The notes: a model not told the origin generated them from the sequence alone. Shown: positions 28,066-40,927, numbered from the stretch's first letter. The stretch: 64,000 nt of DNA from an uncultured Collinsella sp. (GCA_900541825.1 UQLJ01000005.1:9482-73481); one strand, 5' to 3'. Numbers and translations are program-made.

Positions 28066-28824
28066 ATGCTGATTGAGACCCTTTCGGTCTTTCCCGAGAT
28101 GTTTGAGCCCGTCATGTCCACGTCGATTTTGGGCCGCGCCCGCAAGGCCGGCCTTTTTGATTTTAAGGCGTATAACCTGCGCGACTGGACGCACGACCGC
28201 CATCGCACCGTCGATGATGAGCCGTATGGCGGCGGGCAGGGCATGCTCATGAAGGTCGAGCCCATCGCCGAGGCCATCGAGGCTATTAGCTCCGAGGGTC
28301 CCAAGCCCACCGTGGTGTTCTTTACCCCCTGTGGCGAGCCCTTTACGCAGCATGTGGCAGAGCGCCTGCTTAAAAGCGAACGCCTACTGTTTGTGTGCAG
28401 CCGTTACGAGGGCGTCGACGAGCGTGCATATGTGTATGCCGATGAGCGTCTGTCGATCGGCGACTACGTGCTTACGGGTGGCGAACTTCCCGCTATGGTC
28501 GTTGCCGATGCCGTCGTACGCCTGATTCCCGGCGCCCTGGGCGACGAGATGAGCAATGTGGACGAGTCGTTCTCGACCGCCGAGGACGGAGGCCTGCTCG
28601 AGTACGCGCAGTACACCCGTCCCGCCGAGTTCAACGGCGAAGGCGTGCCGCCGGTGCTCGTGAGTGGCGATCACGCCAAGGTCGATGCCTGGCGTCGCAA
28701 GAACGCCATCGAGCGCACCTGCCGCTGGCGTCCCGATCTGATCGAGACGGCGCGCCTTACGCCCCAGGAGCGTGCGTACGCGCAGGAGATTTTGGACGCT
28801 TCGTATTCGCAGAGCGAGGAGTGA
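28066..28824 (+). CDS. trmD: tRNA (guanine37-N1)-methyltransferase
   Basis: Canonical TrmD motifs are present: MLIETLSVFPEMF, DDEPYGGGQGM, RYEGVDER, GDYVLTGGELPA. Confidence 0.95.
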   Translation: MLIETLSVFPEMFEPVMSTSILGRARKAGLFDFKAYNLRDWTHDRHRTVDDEPYGGGQGMLMKVEPIAEAIEAISSEGPKPTVVFFTPCGEPFTQHVAERLLKSERLLFVCSRYEGVDERAYVYADERLSIGDYVLTGGELPAMVVADAVVRLIPGALGDEMSNVDESFSTAEDGGLLEYAQYTRPAEFNGEGVPPVLVSGDHAKVDAWRRKNAIERTCRWRPDLIETARLTPQERAYAQEILDASYSQSEE

Positions 28825-29390
28825 GAATGGTTCCATCGCAGCATTCCGCGTTGAGGGGCGCTTTTGAGTGGATCGCGGTCATCGCGATCGCATTGGTCGC
28901 CACCTTCTTGATTCGCTCGTTTGTGGTCGAGCCCTTTGTGGTGCCCACCGGTTCTATGGAGGACACGATCGAGATTGGCGACCAGATCCTGGCACAAAAG
29001 GTGAGCCTCGAGCTCGGTCAGCCCGTCAAGCAGGGCGATATCGTGGTGTTTCACAACCCCGATGGCACCTCCGAGCATGATGTTCTTGTCAAGCGTGTTA
29101 TTGCCACGGCCGGCCAGACGGTCGACCTGCAGGATGGCAAGGTGGTCGTTGACGGCCAAGCGCTCGACGAGGACTATACGGCGGGCATGAGCTGGCCGCT
29201 TTCGGTTCAAGCGCCCGGCGCTCAGGTGAGCTATCCCTACACCGTCCCCGACGGGTGTGTGTGGGTGATGGGCGACAACCGCGAAAACTCTGCCGACTCA
29301 CGCTACTTTGGTCCCGTCGATTGCTCTGATTTGATCGCTGTGGCGCTTGTGCGCTACTGGCCGCTCAACCGCATCGGCGCTATCGACTAA
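28821..29390 (+). CDS. lepB: signal peptidase I
   Basis: N-terminal TM then PTGSMEDTI (catalytic Ser box), KRVIA (Lys box) and GDNRENSADSRYFG. 4-nt overlap with trmD. Confidence 0.92.
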   Translation: MRMVPSQHSALRGAFEWIAVIAIALVATFLIRSFVVEPFVVPTGSMEDTIEIGDQILAQKVSLELGQPVKQGDIVVFHNPDGTSEHDVLVKRVIATAGQTVDLQDGKVVVDGQALDEDYTAGMSWPLSVQAPGAQVSYPYTVPDGCVWVMGDNRENSADSRYFGPVDCSDLIAVALVRYWPLNRIGAID

Positions 29391-29449
29391 AAACCGCTAT
29401 AGTACAGTACCTAACCGTGTAATCGTTTCGACGAGGGGATATTAGAGGC

Positions 29450-30361
29450 ATGAACGCTTCATCGCTTTCCTTCCAAGACATCATCCTGCGCCTCCAGCAG
29501 TACTGGGGCGAGCAGGGCTGCGTCATTATGCAGCCCTATGACTCCGAGGTCGGTGCCGGTACCTTCCATACCGCGACCACGCTGCGCTCGCTCGGTCCCG
29601 CCGAGTGGCGCACCTGCTATGCGCAGCCCTGCCGCCGTCCCGCCGACGGCCGCTACGGCGAGAACCCCAACCGCATGCAGCACTACTATCAGTTCCAGGT
29701 GCTCATCAAGCCTTCTCCGGTTAACGCCCAGGAGCTCTACCTGGGGTCTCTTGCCGCTATCGGTCTGGACCCCAACGACCATGACGTCCGCTTTGTCGAG
29801 GACGACTGGGAGAGCCCGACGCTCGGCGCCTGGGGTCTTGGCTGGGAGGTCTGGCTCAATGGCATGGAGGTCACGCAGTTTACGTACTTCCAGCAGGTGG
29901 GCGGCATCGAGGTTGACCCCGTGCCCGTCGAGATCACCTATGGCCTGGAGCGTATCGCCATGTACGCCCAGGGCGTTAACTCGGTCTACGACCTGGTGTG
30001 GAGCTACCTGCCCGACGGCACGCCCATGACCTATGGCGACGTGTTCCTCGAGAACGAGCGCGAGTTCAGTGCCTATAACTTTGAGGTCGCCAACGTCGAG
30101 ATGATGCGTCAGAAGTTTGACGACTACGAGGCCGAGTGCCACTCCTGTCTGGAGCGCAAGCTGCCGCTGCCGGCGTACGACTGCGTCATGAAGTGCAGCC
30201 ACGCCTTCAACCTGCTCGATGCCCGTGGCGCGCTGTCCGCGGTCGAGCGTGCCAACTACATCCTGCGCGTCCGCGCCGTCGCCAAGGCGTGCTGCGAGGC
30301 CTACATGGCCGAGGTCGCCGGAGTCAACGAGAATGCCGACCAGGAAGGCGAGGTGGCGTAA
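29450..30361 (+). CDS. glyQ: glycine--tRNA ligase alpha subunit
   Basis: [17 protein letters not shown]...[26 protein letters not shown] is canonical GlyQ. Confidence 0.96.
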   Translation: MNASSLSFQDIILRLQQYWGEQGCVIMQPYDSEVGAGTFHTATTLRSLGPAEWRTCYAQPCRRPADGRYGENPNRMQHYYQFQVLIKPSPVNAQELYLGSLAAIGLDPNDHDVRFVEDDWESPTLGAWGLGWEVWLNGMEVTQFTYFQQVGGIEVDPVPVEITYGLERIAMYAQGVNSVYDLVWSYLPDGTPMTYGDVFLENEREFSAYNFEVANVEMMRQKFDDYEAECHSCLERKLPLPAYDCVMKCSHAFNLLDARGALSAVERANYILRVRAVAKACCEAYMAEVAGVNENADQEGEVA

Positions 30362-30364
30362 GCC

Positions 30365-32461
30365 ATGGCAGACGCTAAGGATTTCCTGTTTGAGATCGGT
30401 ACGGAGGAAATGCCCTCTGCACCGCTGAACAATGCCGTCAAGCAGCTTGGCACCATGATCGCCAAGGGTCTCGACGAGGCCGGTCTGGCCCACGGCGAGG
30501 TCCGCGTGATCTCGAGTCCGCGTCGCCTGGCTGCACTCGTTGCCGACGTCGCCACCGCGACCGATGAGGTTCACGAGGTCAAGCGTGGCCCCGCGGCCAA
30601 CATTGCCTTCGACGCTGACGGTAACGCCACCAAGGCCGCCCAGGGCTTTGCCCGCAAGTGCGGTGTGGCTGCCGAGGACCTGGTCCGTCGCGAGGATACT
30701 GACGGTCGCGAGTATGTGTTCGCCGAGAAGAACATTCCCTCCGCACCGGCTACGCCGATTCTGACCGCTCTGTGCGAGAAGACCATCGCCGGCCTGCAGT
30801 GGCCCAACTACCGCAGCCAGCGCTGGGGTCACGAGCATGCGACTTTTGTTCGTCCGGTCCGCTGGATCTGCTGCCTTTTGGGCGAGGATGTTGTGCCCGT
30901 GTCGTTTGCCGACGTGACGAGCGGCAACACCACGCGCGGTCATCGTGTACTTGGCCCTGGCGACCATGTGGTTGCCAGCCCCGCCGTCTACGAGCAGGTG
31001 CTCGAGGACGCCGGCGTGCTTTCTGCCGAGCGTCGTCGTGAGGCCATCCTTGCCGGTATCGCCGAGGTCGAGGCCGCTCGCCCCGGCTGTCATGTCGACA
31101 CGCCCAAGAAGGTCTTTGAGGAGGTCATTAACCTCTGCGAGTGGCCGACGGTGCTCGTCGGTACCTTCGATGAGGAGTTCCTCAAGGTCCCGCACGAGAT
31201 CATCTGCGAGTCCATGCTCACCAACCAGCGTTACTTCCCGATCTATGACGGCGAGGGCAAGCTCACGCGTGAGTTCGTGGTCGTCTCCAACAGCAAGCCC
31301 GAGAACGCCGAGCGCGTGATCGACGGCAACGAGCGCGTCGTGCGCGCCCGTCTGGACGACGCAAAGTTCTTCTACGAGGAGGACCTGAAGATCTCCCTCG
31401 ACGAGTTCCGCGAGCGTCTGGCCAAGGTCGCCTTCCAGGAGAAACTCGGTAGCGTGCTCGCCAAGTCCGAGCGCATCGAGCAACTCGCGCTCGCTATTGC
31501 CCGTGAGGCACACCTGGGTGCTCATCTGGCAGCCGACGCCGGCCGTGCCGCGCACCTGTGCAAGGCCGACCTGGTGTCCAACGCCGTCGTCGAGTTCACG
31601 AGCCAGCAGGGCGTGATGGGCGGTTATTACGCGACCGCGATGGGGGAGAACGACGAGGTCGCTCATGCTATTCGCGATCACTATCGTCCTCGCTTTGCCG
31701 GTGACGAGCTGCCCGAGGGCACCGCCGGCTGCATCGTGGCCTGCGCCGACAAGCTCGATACCATCGCCGGTATCTTTGCCATCGGCGAGCCTCCGACCGG
31801 CTCTTCGGACCCCTACGCGCTGCGTCGTGCCGCTATCGGCATCATCAACATCCTGCGCGATCGCCTGCCGATCGACCCCACGTCGCTCATCGATTTTGCC
31901 CTTGAACTCTATAGCGAGCAGGGCATTGAGTTCGACGCCGCCGAGGTCGCCCAGCAGGTTCGCGACTTCTTCCATGGCCGCCTGGTGAGCATGGCCCGCG
32001 ACGAAAAGATCCCGGCCGATACCGTTGCCGCCGTCTCTGCGGTGCACATCATCGCCTCGTCCGTCTTCTTCGCCCGCTGCGCCTCCCTCGACGAGGCCCG
32101 CAAGAACGACGCCGAGACCTTTGACAACCTGGCGACGGCCTATGCCCGTGCCGCGCATATCTCCAAGCCCGAGCTGGGCGCGGAGTACGACCGCGCCTTG
32201 ATGGGCGAGGTCGAGCTCGCGCTTGCCGATGCCTCCGAGGCTGCTCAGACCGCTGTCGACGCCGCCCTTGCTGCCGAGGATTACCCGGCCGCATTTGCCG
32301 CCCTTGCCGCCCTGCGCGCCCCCATCGACCGCTTCTTCGACGAGGTCATGGTCATGGACAAGGACGAGCAGCTTCGCGATAATCGCCTTAAGCTGCTCAA
32401 CCGCTTCGAGGCCGTTTTCTCCGGCATCGCCAACATCGGTGAGCTTGCCCGCAAAAAGTAA
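30365..32461 (+). CDS. glyS: glycine--tRNA ligase beta subunit
   Basis: 698-aa ORF starting LFEIGTEEMPS, with GlyS length and position directly after glyQ. Confidence 0.95.
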   Translation: MADAKDFLFEIGTEEMPSAPLNNAVKQLGTMIAKGLDEAGLAHGEVRVISSPRRLAALVADVATATDEVHEVKRGPAANIAFDADGNATKAAQGFARKCGVAAEDLVRREDTDGREYVFAEKNIPSAPATPILTALCEKTIAGLQWPNYRSQRWGHEHATFVRPVRWICCLLGEDVVPVSFADVTSGNTTRGHRVLGPGDHVVASPAVYEQVLEDAGVLSAERRREAILAGIAEVEAARPGCHVDTPKKVFEEVINLCEWPTVLVGTFDEEFLKVPHEIICESMLTNQRYFPIYDGEGKLTREFVVVSNSKPENAERVIDGNERVVRARLDDAKFFYEEDLKISLDEFRERLAKVAFQEKLGSVLAKSERIEQLALAIAREAHLGAHLAADAGRAAHLCKADLVSNAVVEFTSQQGVMGGYYATAMGENDEVAHAIRDHYRPRFAGDELPEGTAGCIVACADKLDTIAGIFAIGEPPTGSSDPYALRRAAIGIINILRDRLPIDPTSLIDFALELYSEQGIEFDAAEVAQQVRDFFHGRLVSMARDEKIPADTVAAVSAVHIIASSVFFARCASLDEARKNDAETFDNLATAYARAAHISKPELGAEYDRALMGEVELALADASEAAQTAVDAALAAEDYPAAFAALAALRAPIDRFFDEVMVMDKDEQLRDNRLKLLNRFEAVFSGIANIGELARKK

Positions 32462-32495
32462 GCCAGCCTGCGCGTAAGCGCAAAAGGAGCCCCGC

Positions 32496-33362
32496 ATGGA
32501 TTGCCCGGTCACCGCTCGTCCCACCGTTATCGTTATCTCCGACTCGCTCGGTGATACCGCTTGTGAGGTGGTGCTTGCGGCGTCCGGGCAATTTGATGAA
32601 GGGGCTTTTCGTTTGTTGCGCCTGCCCAAGGTGACCTCGGTGGAGCAGGTGGAGTCGTTTGTGGGCCCGCGCGTCGATGCCGACCATCGCGATATTGCCG
32701 TGTTTCACACCATTGTCGATCCGGCGCTTCGCGCCCGCGTGCTCGATTACCTGGGCATGCTGCATATCCGTTCGGTCGACCTGATCGGTCCGACGCTCGC
32801 CGTGCTATCGTCGCTCATCGGTGTGCCGCCCAAAGGCGTCGCGGGCGTGATTCACAGGACCGATGACCGCTATTTCCATCGTATCGAGGCCATGGAATAT
32901 TTCGTTGAGCACGATGATGGACGCGGCTGCGACGACCTTTCGGGAGCCGATATCGTGCTGCTGGGCGTATCCCGCACGTCCAAGACGCCGCTGTCGATGT
33001 ATTTGGCCTATCAGGGTTACAAGGTCGCCAATGTTCCTTTGGCCCATGGCATGGAGCCGCCCAAGTCGATTTACGAGGTTGACCCGATGCGCCTGTTCGG
33101 CCTAATTTCGACCGTCGATGTGATTTCCGAAATTCGCGATAGCCGCTTGGGCGATGACTACGCTCGTGCCGTTGCCGGCTCCTATGCCGAGCCCGAGAGT
33201 GTGCACAGCGAGCTTGAGGAAGCTCGTGCCCTCATGAAGCGGCTAGGCTGCTTTGTGGTGCGTACCGACGGCAAGGCTATCGAGGAGAGCGCTGCCGAGA
33301 TCATCAGCCACTTGGAGGAAATCCAAGAAGCCCGCGCCCGCCGCGCCGCCCGCCGCACCTAA
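32496..33362 (+). CDS. pyruvate, phosphate dikinase regulatory protein (bifunctional kinase/pyrophosphorylase, DUF299)
   Basis: P-loop-like LLGVSRTSKTPLSMYLA and family length of about 280 aa. Lies immediately upstream of ppdK. Confidence 0.88.
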   Translation: MDCPVTARPTVIVISDSLGDTACEVVLAASGQFDEGAFRLLRLPKVTSVEQVESFVGPRVDADHRDIAVFHTIVDPALRARVLDYLGMLHIRSVDLIGPTLAVLSSLIGVPPKGVAGVIHRTDDRYFHRIEAMEYFVEHDDGRGCDDLSGADIVLLGVSRTSKTPLSMYLAYQGYKVANVPLAHGMEPPKSIYEVDPMRLFGLISTVDVISEIRDSRLGDDYARAVAGSYAEPESVHSELEEARALMKRLGCFVVRTDGKAIEESAAEIISHLEEIQEARARRAARRT

Positions 33363-33406
33363 TAGTAGTAGCATTTTGATAAAGCGATTTAGCAAAAATA
33401 TCGCAC

Positions 33407-33437
33407 TTGACCTGCTTTTTTATTGCAGTGGTATCTT
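33407..33437 (+). promoter_or_regulatory. candidate extended -10 promoter for ppdK
   Basis: TTGACC (33407-33412), then TG-n-TATCTT (33429-33437). The -35 spacing is long at 19 nt, so the call rests mainly on the extended -10. Confidence 0.35.
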
Positions 33438-33612
33438 CATAAGGTAACCACCTTTACCTACCGTTTACCGCCAGTTTTAACACGTTTACCAAACCGCGCA
33501 CCCTCTGCTCAAGCCTGCCCAAAACCCGCCGTATAGTTCCCTCACGGCTCGCATCCGGCGGGTCGATTCGTTACCACGGTCGTGCGCGAGAGCGCATGGA
33601 AGGGGAAGTATC

Positions 33613-36363
<2,751 letters not shown>

Positions 36364-36401
36364 CGTTTTGGGTTTAGACGCCTAGCGTAGCCCCCTTCAT
36401 G

Positions 36402-36434
36402 CCGCCCGTCTCATTCGTGAGACGGGCGGTTATT
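36402..36434 (+). terminator. intrinsic terminator after ppdK
   Basis: CCGCCCGTCTC-ATTCGT-GAGACGGGCGG, a perfect 11-bp stem, followed by TTATT (weak U-tract). Confidence 0.6.
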
Positions 36435-36476
36435 CATGTGCTGGTTTTGTCTTTTTGTCTGCGTAAAAAATTGTTC

Positions 36477-36504
36477 TTGCAGCAGAAACCCGCGCGTGTA
36501 TACT
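36477..36504 (+). promoter_or_regulatory. candidate promoter for rplS
   Basis: TTGCAG (36477-36482), a 16-nt spacer, then TATACT (36499-36504). A GTGCCG...CGGCAC hairpin lies in the leader before the RBS. Confidence 0.4.
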
Positions 36505-36573
36505 CGTATACGTTTGTTCAACTACGTGCCGGCCAAGGTGGTACGGCACCTCTAGAAGAGTAAGGAATTGCAC

Positions 36574-36915
36574 ATGGATTACATCCGCGCAATCGAGCGT
36601 CAGCAGATCCGCGAGGACATTCCTCAGGTTCGCGTCGCCGACAACGTCAAGGTTCACTACCGCATTAAGGAAGGCGACCGCGAGCGCATCCAGGTCTTCC
36701 AGGGCGACGTCATCCGCATGGCCGGCGCCGGTGCCCGCGAGACCTTCACCGTCCGCAAGATGTCCTTCGGTGTCGGTGTTGAGCGTACCTTCCCGCTTCA
36801 CAGCCCCAAGATCGCCAAGCTCGAGGTCGTTCGTCATGGTCGCGTCCGTCGCGCCAAGCTGTACTACCTCCGCGACAAGGTGGGCAAGGCTGCTCGCATT
36901 CCCGAGAAGCGCTAA
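36574..36915 (+). CDS. rplS: 50S ribosomal protein L19
   Basis: [24 protein letters not shown]...[18 protein letters not shown] is canonical L19. ATG 36574 lies 7 nt after TAAGGA. Confidence 0.95.
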   Translation: MDYIRAIERQQIREDIPQVRVADNVKVHYRIKEGDRERIQVFQGDVIRMAGAGARETFTVRKMSFGVGVERTFPLHSPKIAKLEVVRHGRVRRAKLYYLRDKVGKAARIPEKR

Positions 36916-36949
36916 GAAGATCGCAGCGTCTGTCCACTCGTTTGGACGC

Positions 36950-36979
36950 AAGGGTCACCTTCGGGTGGCCCTTCTTTTT
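36950..36979 (+). terminator. intrinsic terminator after rplS
   Basis: AAGGGTCACC-TTCG-GGTGGCCCTT followed by CTTTTT. Confidence 0.8.
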
Positions 36980-37008
36980 ATCTGATTTGCATGCAAGGAG
37001 GGCCTGGT

Positions 37009-37797
37009 ATGGCCAATATGACGAGCTCGGTTTCGGCATCGCAAGTTGCTGGCGAGCTGGCGAGCGCTACGTTTGAGGAGATTCCCGCCCTCGTGGAGCA
37101 TTATCGCGAGGATCCGCGCCAGCAGGTGATCAAGGCTTGCGAACGCGCCCTCAAACGCCATGCCAAAGAGCTTGCCGAGCGCGAGCGCGTCAATGACATG
37201 TACGAGCTTATGCATGAGCTTGGCGGCGATGGGGTGGTCGTTGGTGTCGACGAGGTAGGTCGCGGATCGGTGGCCGGTCCTTTGACAGTGTGCGCCGTCT
37301 GTCTTCCTATGGAGCCGCGCGTCTGGGGTATCAACGATTCCAAAAAGCTCACGCCCGCGCGCCGCGAGTTGCTCTCAGTGAAGATTGCCGAGGTGGCGAC
37401 GGCGATCGGTTTTTGCCATATCGCGCCTAAGGATATCGATGAGATGGGTATGGCCCGCGCTATCCGTACCGCCGTCGCGGGCGCCGTGGCCGATACGGGG
37501 CTCGAGCCCGATTGCGTGCTTATGGACGGCAACCCGTTGGGTGCCGTTCCTAACGAGCGCGACGTGGTGAAGGGCGATGCCAAGATCGCCTGTATCGCTG
37601 CGGCTTCCATCATGGCCAAGGTCACGCGTGACGAGATGATGGTCGAGTACGATGCCGAGTATCCCGAGTACCATCTGGCGGAGTCGAAGGGCTACGCAAG
37701 CCCCGAGCACATCGAGGCCATTCGCAAACATGGACTTTGTCCGCTGCACCGCGTGAGCTTTTGCGGAAACTTTCTGCAGACTGAGCGCCTTTTCTAG
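37009..37797 (+). CDS. rnhB: ribonuclease HII (with an N-terminal extension of about 60 aa)
   Basis: GVDEVGRGSVAGPL (DEDD active-site start) and DSKKLT. ATG 37009 lies 7 nt after AAGGAGG. The ORF track starts at 36991. Confidence 0.92.
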   Translation: MANMTSSVSASQVAGELASATFEEIPALVEHYREDPRQQVIKACERALKRHAKELAERERVNDMYELMHELGGDGVVVGVDEVGRGSVAGPLTVCAVCLPMEPRVWGINDSKKLTPARRELLSVKIAEVATAIGFCHIAPKDIDEMGMARAIRTAVAGAVADTGLEPDCVLMDGNPLGAVPNERDVVKGDAKIACIAAASIMAKVTRDEMMVEYDAEYPEYHLAESKGYASPEHIEAIRKHGLCPLHRVSFCGNFLQTERLF

Positions 37798-37847
37798 GTC
37801 AATTGTGGAGGCAGGGACTTCTGGAGTTTTATAAACCAGCTGGTAGC

Positions 37848-37888
37848 GGGCCGTATGCAACACCATTGCTGCGTACGGCCCGTTTTTT
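37848..37888 (+). terminator. intrinsic terminator after rnhB
   Basis: GGGCCGTA ... TACGGCCC stem followed by GTTTTTT. Confidence 0.75.
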
Positions 37889-37986
37889 GTCGGCATTTGG
37901 TCAGCTTTTGGTTTGCTTCCGGTACTTACCCGCATGAAAGGTGCCCTCATCATCGGGGCAATGCAGCGTGCGGGAAAGGAGACCCC

Positions 37987-38472
37987 ATGAGTGCCGCAAG
38001 CAAAAAGAGCAAGACGCAGCAGCTCAAGGAGCGTTGGGAAAACGGCGAGCTCGACTGCGGGGCGATGACGCCCGAGTTTATCAAGGGACTCAGTCCCCGC
38101 GAGCTGGGTATGCTGGGCGAGCTGATCACCATCGACTACTTTAACGAGCGCGGCTACACCTTGCTGGAGCAGGGTTATCGTTGCACCGAGGGCGAGGCTG
38201 ATCTGGTGCTGCTCGATGAGCTCGACGATGTCGTGGTGATGGCCGAGGTCAAGACCAGGCGCGTCGCACTGGATTGCAGCACGCGGGTCTTTCCCGAGGA
38301 GGCCGTGGACGCCCAAAAGCAACGCCGCTACCGCCGCATCGCAAGTTGCTATCTTATGGAGCATTATCCGCTCAAGGCGATTCGCTTCGATGCCGTGGGT
38401 GTCACCATCCGCGGCGGGCATATCGCCGAGATCGAGCACCAGTACAACGCGTTCGATTGGCAGGTGTCGTGA
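37987..38472 (+). CDS. YraN-family endonuclease-like protein (UPF0102)
   Basis: GEADLVLLDE..VVMAEVKTRR...FDAVGV is the YraN/UPF0102 PD-(D/E)xK pattern. ATG 37987 follows GGAAAGGAG. The ORF track starts at 37855. Confidence 0.85.
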   Translation: MSAASKKSKTQQLKERWENGELDCGAMTPEFIKGLSPRELGMLGELITIDYFNERGYTLLEQGYRCTEGEADLVLLDELDDVVVMAEVKTRRVALDCSTRVFPEEAVDAQKQRRYRRIASCYLMEHYPLKAIRFDAVGVTIRGGHIAEIEHQYNAFDWQVS

Positions 38473-39995
38473 TGGCGTTCGAGACGTTTGCCGTTCACGC
38501 GGCCTGCATCCGCGGCGTCGAGGCGATTCCCGTCACGGTCGAGGTCTCGCTTGCCGGTGGCGTTCCGGGCATTCAGATGCTCGGCATACCGAGTATGGAG
38601 GTGATGGAGTCACGTGGTCGTATTCGCTGTGCGATGCGCTCGGCCGGCTTTGAGATCCCGCGCTCGGGCATTACGGTCAATCTGGCGCCCGGCGATATTC
38701 GCAAGACCGGTAGCGGCTTTGATCTGCCCATCGCCATCGCGGTTCTAGCGGCCGATGGTCAGATTCCCCGCGACAACCTCGATCGTTGTCTTATCGCCGG
38801 CGAGCTCGGCTTGGACGGCACGGTGCTTCCTGTCAAAGGCGAGGTGGCGTTTCAGCTATTGGCTCGCGACATGGGGCTGTCTTTTATCGCCGGCAGGTCC
38901 GACCAGCATGTGCCACTCGCGGGCGTGGATTGCGGCTTTATCGACCATCTGTCTCAGCTTGCTCACGGCATGGGCGATGCCGCACGGCACTACTTGGATT
39001 CCGAGGGTGTCGAGGCGACCTTTGAGCCCGAGCTCGACTATGCAGACGTGCTGGGGCAGGAAGTCGCTAAACGCGGCATGGCGCTTGCGGCGGCAGGAGA
39101 ACTCGGCTTGCTCATGATCGGGTCTCCGGGATCGGGCAAGACGATGCTCGCACGCCGTATGACCGGCATCCTGCCCGAGCTTTCCGTTGAGGATCAGCAG
39201 GAGGCGCTGTGCATCCATTCGGTTTTGGGTGAGAACATTGATGGCTTATTGGCAGGTCATCGGCCGTTTCGAAGCCCCCATCACAGTATTTCAACGGCTG
39301 GCCTCATTGGCGGCGGGCGCCCGGTGCACCCGGGTGAGATCAGCCTTGCTCATGGCGGCGTGCTCTTTTTGGACGAGCTTGCCGAGTTTCCCACGGGTGT
39401 GCTGCAGACGCTCAGACAGCCTATCGAGCGCGGCTATGTGAGGATCGTACGCGTCGACGGGGCCTTTACCTTCCCGTCGCGTTTTCAGCTGCTGGCTGCG
39501 AGCAATCCCTGCCCCTGCGGCTTTTTGGGCGATCGCGAGGTGCCGTGTCGCTGCTCGGCGGCGATGATCGAGCGCTATCGGTCTAAACTGCGCGGTCCTT
39601 TGGCCGACCGTATCGACATGATGATCGATGTGACCCGTCCCGACCCCCAAGTGATTATCGAGGGTGCGGAGGGTATGTCGTCGGCCGAGTTACGTGACTA
39701 CGTTGTGCGCGGTCGCGCCTTTCGCGCCTGGCGCGAATCCCGTATGGACGATGCGGATGCCGAGGCCGAGGACGATGAGTCACGGTCCATTGACGGCGTC
39801 GTTTCGACCTTTGAGCTCGATGATGCTGCCGAGAAATGCGTACTCGGCCTATCCAAACGCACGCATCTCACAGGGCGTGGCATCGTGCGCCTGGTTCGCA
39901 TTGCGCGCACGATCGCCGATGTCGCCGAGAGCGAGCAAGTTACGCAGGACCACGTGCTCGAGGCGGCGATGTACCAGGGAAGGAGGGACCAATGA
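38472..39995 (+). CDS. YifB/ComM-family Mg-chelatase-like AAA+ ATPase
   Basis: MAFETFAVHAACIRGVEAIPVTVEV N-terminus, Walker A GSPGSGKTMLARR and the ChlI-like core. TGATG overlap with yraN. The track ORF from 38274 is an in-frame upstream extension inside yraN. Confidence 0.92.
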   Translation: MAFETFAVHAACIRGVEAIPVTVEVSLAGGVPGIQMLGIPSMEVMESRGRIRCAMRSAGFEIPRSGITVNLAPGDIRKTGSGFDLPIAIAVLAADGQIPRDNLDRCLIAGELGLDGTVLPVKGEVAFQLLARDMGLSFIAGRSDQHVPLAGVDCGFIDHLSQLAHGMGDAARHYLDSEGVEATFEPELDYADVLGQEVAKRGMALAAAGELGLLMIGSPGSGKTMLARRMTGILPELSVEDQQEALCIHSVLGENIDGLLAGHRPFRSPHHSISTAGLIGGGRPVHPGEISLAHGGVLFLDELAEFPTGVLQTLRQPIERGYVRIVRVDGAFTFPSRFQLLAASNPCPCGFLGDREVPCRCSAAMIERYRSKLRGPLADRIDMMIDVTRPDPQVIIEGAEGMSSAELRDYVVRGRAFRAWRESRMDDADAEAEDDESRSIDGVVSTFELDDAAEKCVLGLSKRTHLTGRGIVRLVRIARTIADVAESEQVTQDHVLEAAMYQGRRDQ

Positions 39996-40927
39996 TGGCC
40001 GAGGGGACCTTTGAGCTGCATCCAGGTGATGCGTTGTATCCCGAGACCGTTTTGGAGCTTTCTGATGTACCCCAGACGCTTTATGTGCGCGGCAACCCCG
40101 AGGTGCTTTCGACGCCCGCGCTCTCCGTCATCGGCGCGCGCAAGGCCTCGCCGTATGGTCTTGCCGTGGCAGAGCTTGCGGCGAAGGTGGCGGTCGAGGC
40201 GGAAGTGACGGTAGTTTCGGGCGGCGCGGTCGGTTGTGACCAGGCCTCGGGTTGGGCTGCGGTCAACGCCGGCGGCAAACACGTTGTGGTGCTGGGGACG
40301 GGCGCCGACGTGGTCTACCCGCGTTCGAGCGCGGGGCTTATTACTCGCACGCTTGATACGGGTGGCGCGGTCGTGTCGATCTCTCCGTGGGGCATGGGTC
40401 CGCGCAAGTTCGCCTTTCCGCGCCGCAATCGCGTGATCGCGGCCCTGTCGCAAGCCCTCTTTGTATCCGAGGCGGGTATGCCTTCTGGGACGTTTTCTAC
40501 AGCCGAGGCTGCTATGGATTTGGGGCGCGAACTTCTTGCCGTGCCGGGGTCGATCCTATCGCCCGAGTCGCGTGGCACGAATTACCTCATTGCGAACGGT
40601 GCCTGCTGCATTGTCGACGAGGAGTCCATCGAGATGGCTATCTCTCGCATATACGGCACCCTGCGCTACTCGCGCCCCGATGCTCCCGGCATTGCCGAGC
40701 TGAATCCAACACAGCAGACCGTGATGCATGCGCTCATCGCCTCTCCGCTCAAGGTCGACGACATCGCGGCGCTCGTCTCACTCGATGCTGTCGGCGTACT
40801 CAAACTCTTGGGTTCGCTTGAACTCGAGGGCCTTATCGAGCGCATGATGGATGGAAGGTATGCGCCCTCCAAGTTTGCCCTTCACGCCCAGACGCCCTTC
40901 GGTCACAATAGAAAACGTGTCAATTAG
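39992..40927 (+). CDS. dprA: DNA-processing protein DprA
   Basis: LYVRGNPEVL..VIGARKASPYG..VVSGGAVGCDQASG is the DprA Rossmann-like core. ATGA overlap with the upstream gene. Confidence 0.9.
   Translation: MMAEGTFELHPGDALYPETVLELSDVPQTLYVRGNPEVLSTPALSVIGARKASPYGLAVAELAAKVAVEAEVTVVSGGAVGCDQASGWAAVNAGGKHVVVLGTGADVVYPRSSAGLITRTLDTGGAVVSISPWGMGPRKFAFPRRNRVIAALSQALFVSEAGMPSGTFSTAEAAMDLGRELLAVPGSILSPESRGTNYLIANGACCIVDEESIEMAISRIYGTLRYSRPDAPGIAELNPTQQTVMHALIASPLKVDDIAALVSLDAVGVLKLLGSLELEGLIERMMDGRYAPSKFALHAQTPFGHNRKRVN

Noticed and set aside
29391-29449. Looked for a glycine T-box leader upstream of glyQS, as found in Firmicutes.
   Set aside because: The intergenic space is only 59 nt, far too short for a T-box. 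No specifier or T-box motif is visible.
29459-32629. 1056-aa minus-strand ORF spanning glyQ, glyS and the start of the PPDK-regulator gene.
   Set aside because: It is codon-aligned antisense to glyQ and glyS, which share the same phase (2 mod 3). It has a shadow-frame composition and crosses gene boundaries without regard to them. The sense genes are canonical.
38274-38471. Upstream in-frame extensions offered by the ORF track for the Mg-chelatase-like ATPase. Similar extensions exist for dprA (39836), pyrC (60546), pyrD (62584), ispG (50637), dxr (48091), the radical SAM gene (18529), yraN (37855) and aroF (5317).
   Set aside because: The extensions lie inside the preceding gene, or lack homology to the family N-terminus. 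Downstream starts give canonical N-termini and RBS or stop-start overlaps (TGATG, ATGA, TAATG).
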